A stretch of DNA of 63,747 bases, counting the filler, from Rhabdomonas costata (Eukaryota): NCBI GenBank assembly GCA_019059605.1. It is 35 parts of 35 records of this genome, joined end to end, with 100 filler letters (N's around TTAATTAATTAA, not from the genome) between each part and the next. Parts side by side here need not be neighbours in the genome. Positions count along the whole stretch, not along the records: positions 62,025 to 63,747 come from JAHMHO010010065.1; 34 more parts are not named here. One strand, written 5' to 3'. Below, in pieces: positions 63,447-63,747 of this stretch. The position numbers and the translations under genes are program-made. Within the stretch, counting starts at the first letter, position 1; the number at the start of each line of letters is the position of its first letter. Below the pieces are notes generated by a model that was not told the DNA's origin, made no database searches, and worked only from the letters and a program-made list of their open reading frames with translations.

Positions 63447-63747
63447 ATGGGCGCTTTCCACCTTCTTCGCCTTCTGTGCCTGGGAATCGCCGTCGTGAGC
63501 GCCTCGTCTGTGAGCAAGTTCATCACGTACACGGACATGCACCTGGACCCCTTTTACGGGCAGCCTGGAGGGTTCAAGTGCAACACCAGCTCCCCGCCCC
63601 TGGGGAAGTACGGGTGCGACAGCCCGTACGCTCTGGTGAAGGCCAGCGCAAGTGCGGGGGCGGCCGTGCTGCCGAATCCTGCGTTCCTGTTTTACTTCGG
63701 GGATGCGGTTCGGCACGCAGCCTCCGAGCTGCCCAAGCACCCCACCC
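63447..63747 (+). CDS. Acid sphingomyelinase-like (SMPDL3-type) metallophosphoesterase, 5' part
   Basis: MGAFHLLRLLCLGIAVVSA signal, TDMHLDPFY, GKYGCDSP, PAFLFYFGDAVRH. It runs off the window and is missing from the ORF track. Confidence 0.9.
   Translation, partial: MGAFHLLRLLCLGIAVVSASSVSKFITYTDMHLDPFYGQPGGFKCNTSSPPLGKYGCDSPYALVKASASAGAAVLPNPAFLFYFGDAVRHAASELPKHPT

Noticed and set aside
63267-63740. 157-aa minus-strand ORF
   Set aside because: Antisense to the SMPDL3-like gene.

Overview
This window is not a contiguous locus. It is 35 unrelated contigs of about 1.72 kb, joined by 100-bp artificial spacers (N44-TTAATTAATTAA-N44), so gene order across spacers means nothing and most ORFs in the supplied track are spurious. 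The DNA is intron-rich eukaryotic nuclear sequence: short exons, GT-AG introns with degenerate signals, TTAGGG repeats, and splice acceptors a few nucleotides before start codons. I infer a euglenozoan (euglenid-like) protist, but the taxon cannot be proven here. Manual exon joining recovers partial genes for a CCCH zinc finger protein, a GH161-like beta-1,3-glucan phosphorylase, a J-domain, a class II O-methyltransferase, a WW protein, a FAM149-like protein, two dual-specificity phosphatases, a WWE protein, kinesin-14, an RRM protein, an FKBP/TPR co-chaperone, a RING protein, a GPR107/108-like protein and an SMPDL3-like phosphodiesterase, plus several hypothetical genes and decayed CRE-like retrotransposons. 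The best leads are an intron that cannot end in AG (probable CGG acceptor), the GH161-like exon with a duplication-inversion, and an intronic AT-rich element bracketed by TTAGGG tracts. I found no rRNA, tRNA or CRISPR array. Family calls come from remembered motifs, not from database searches.
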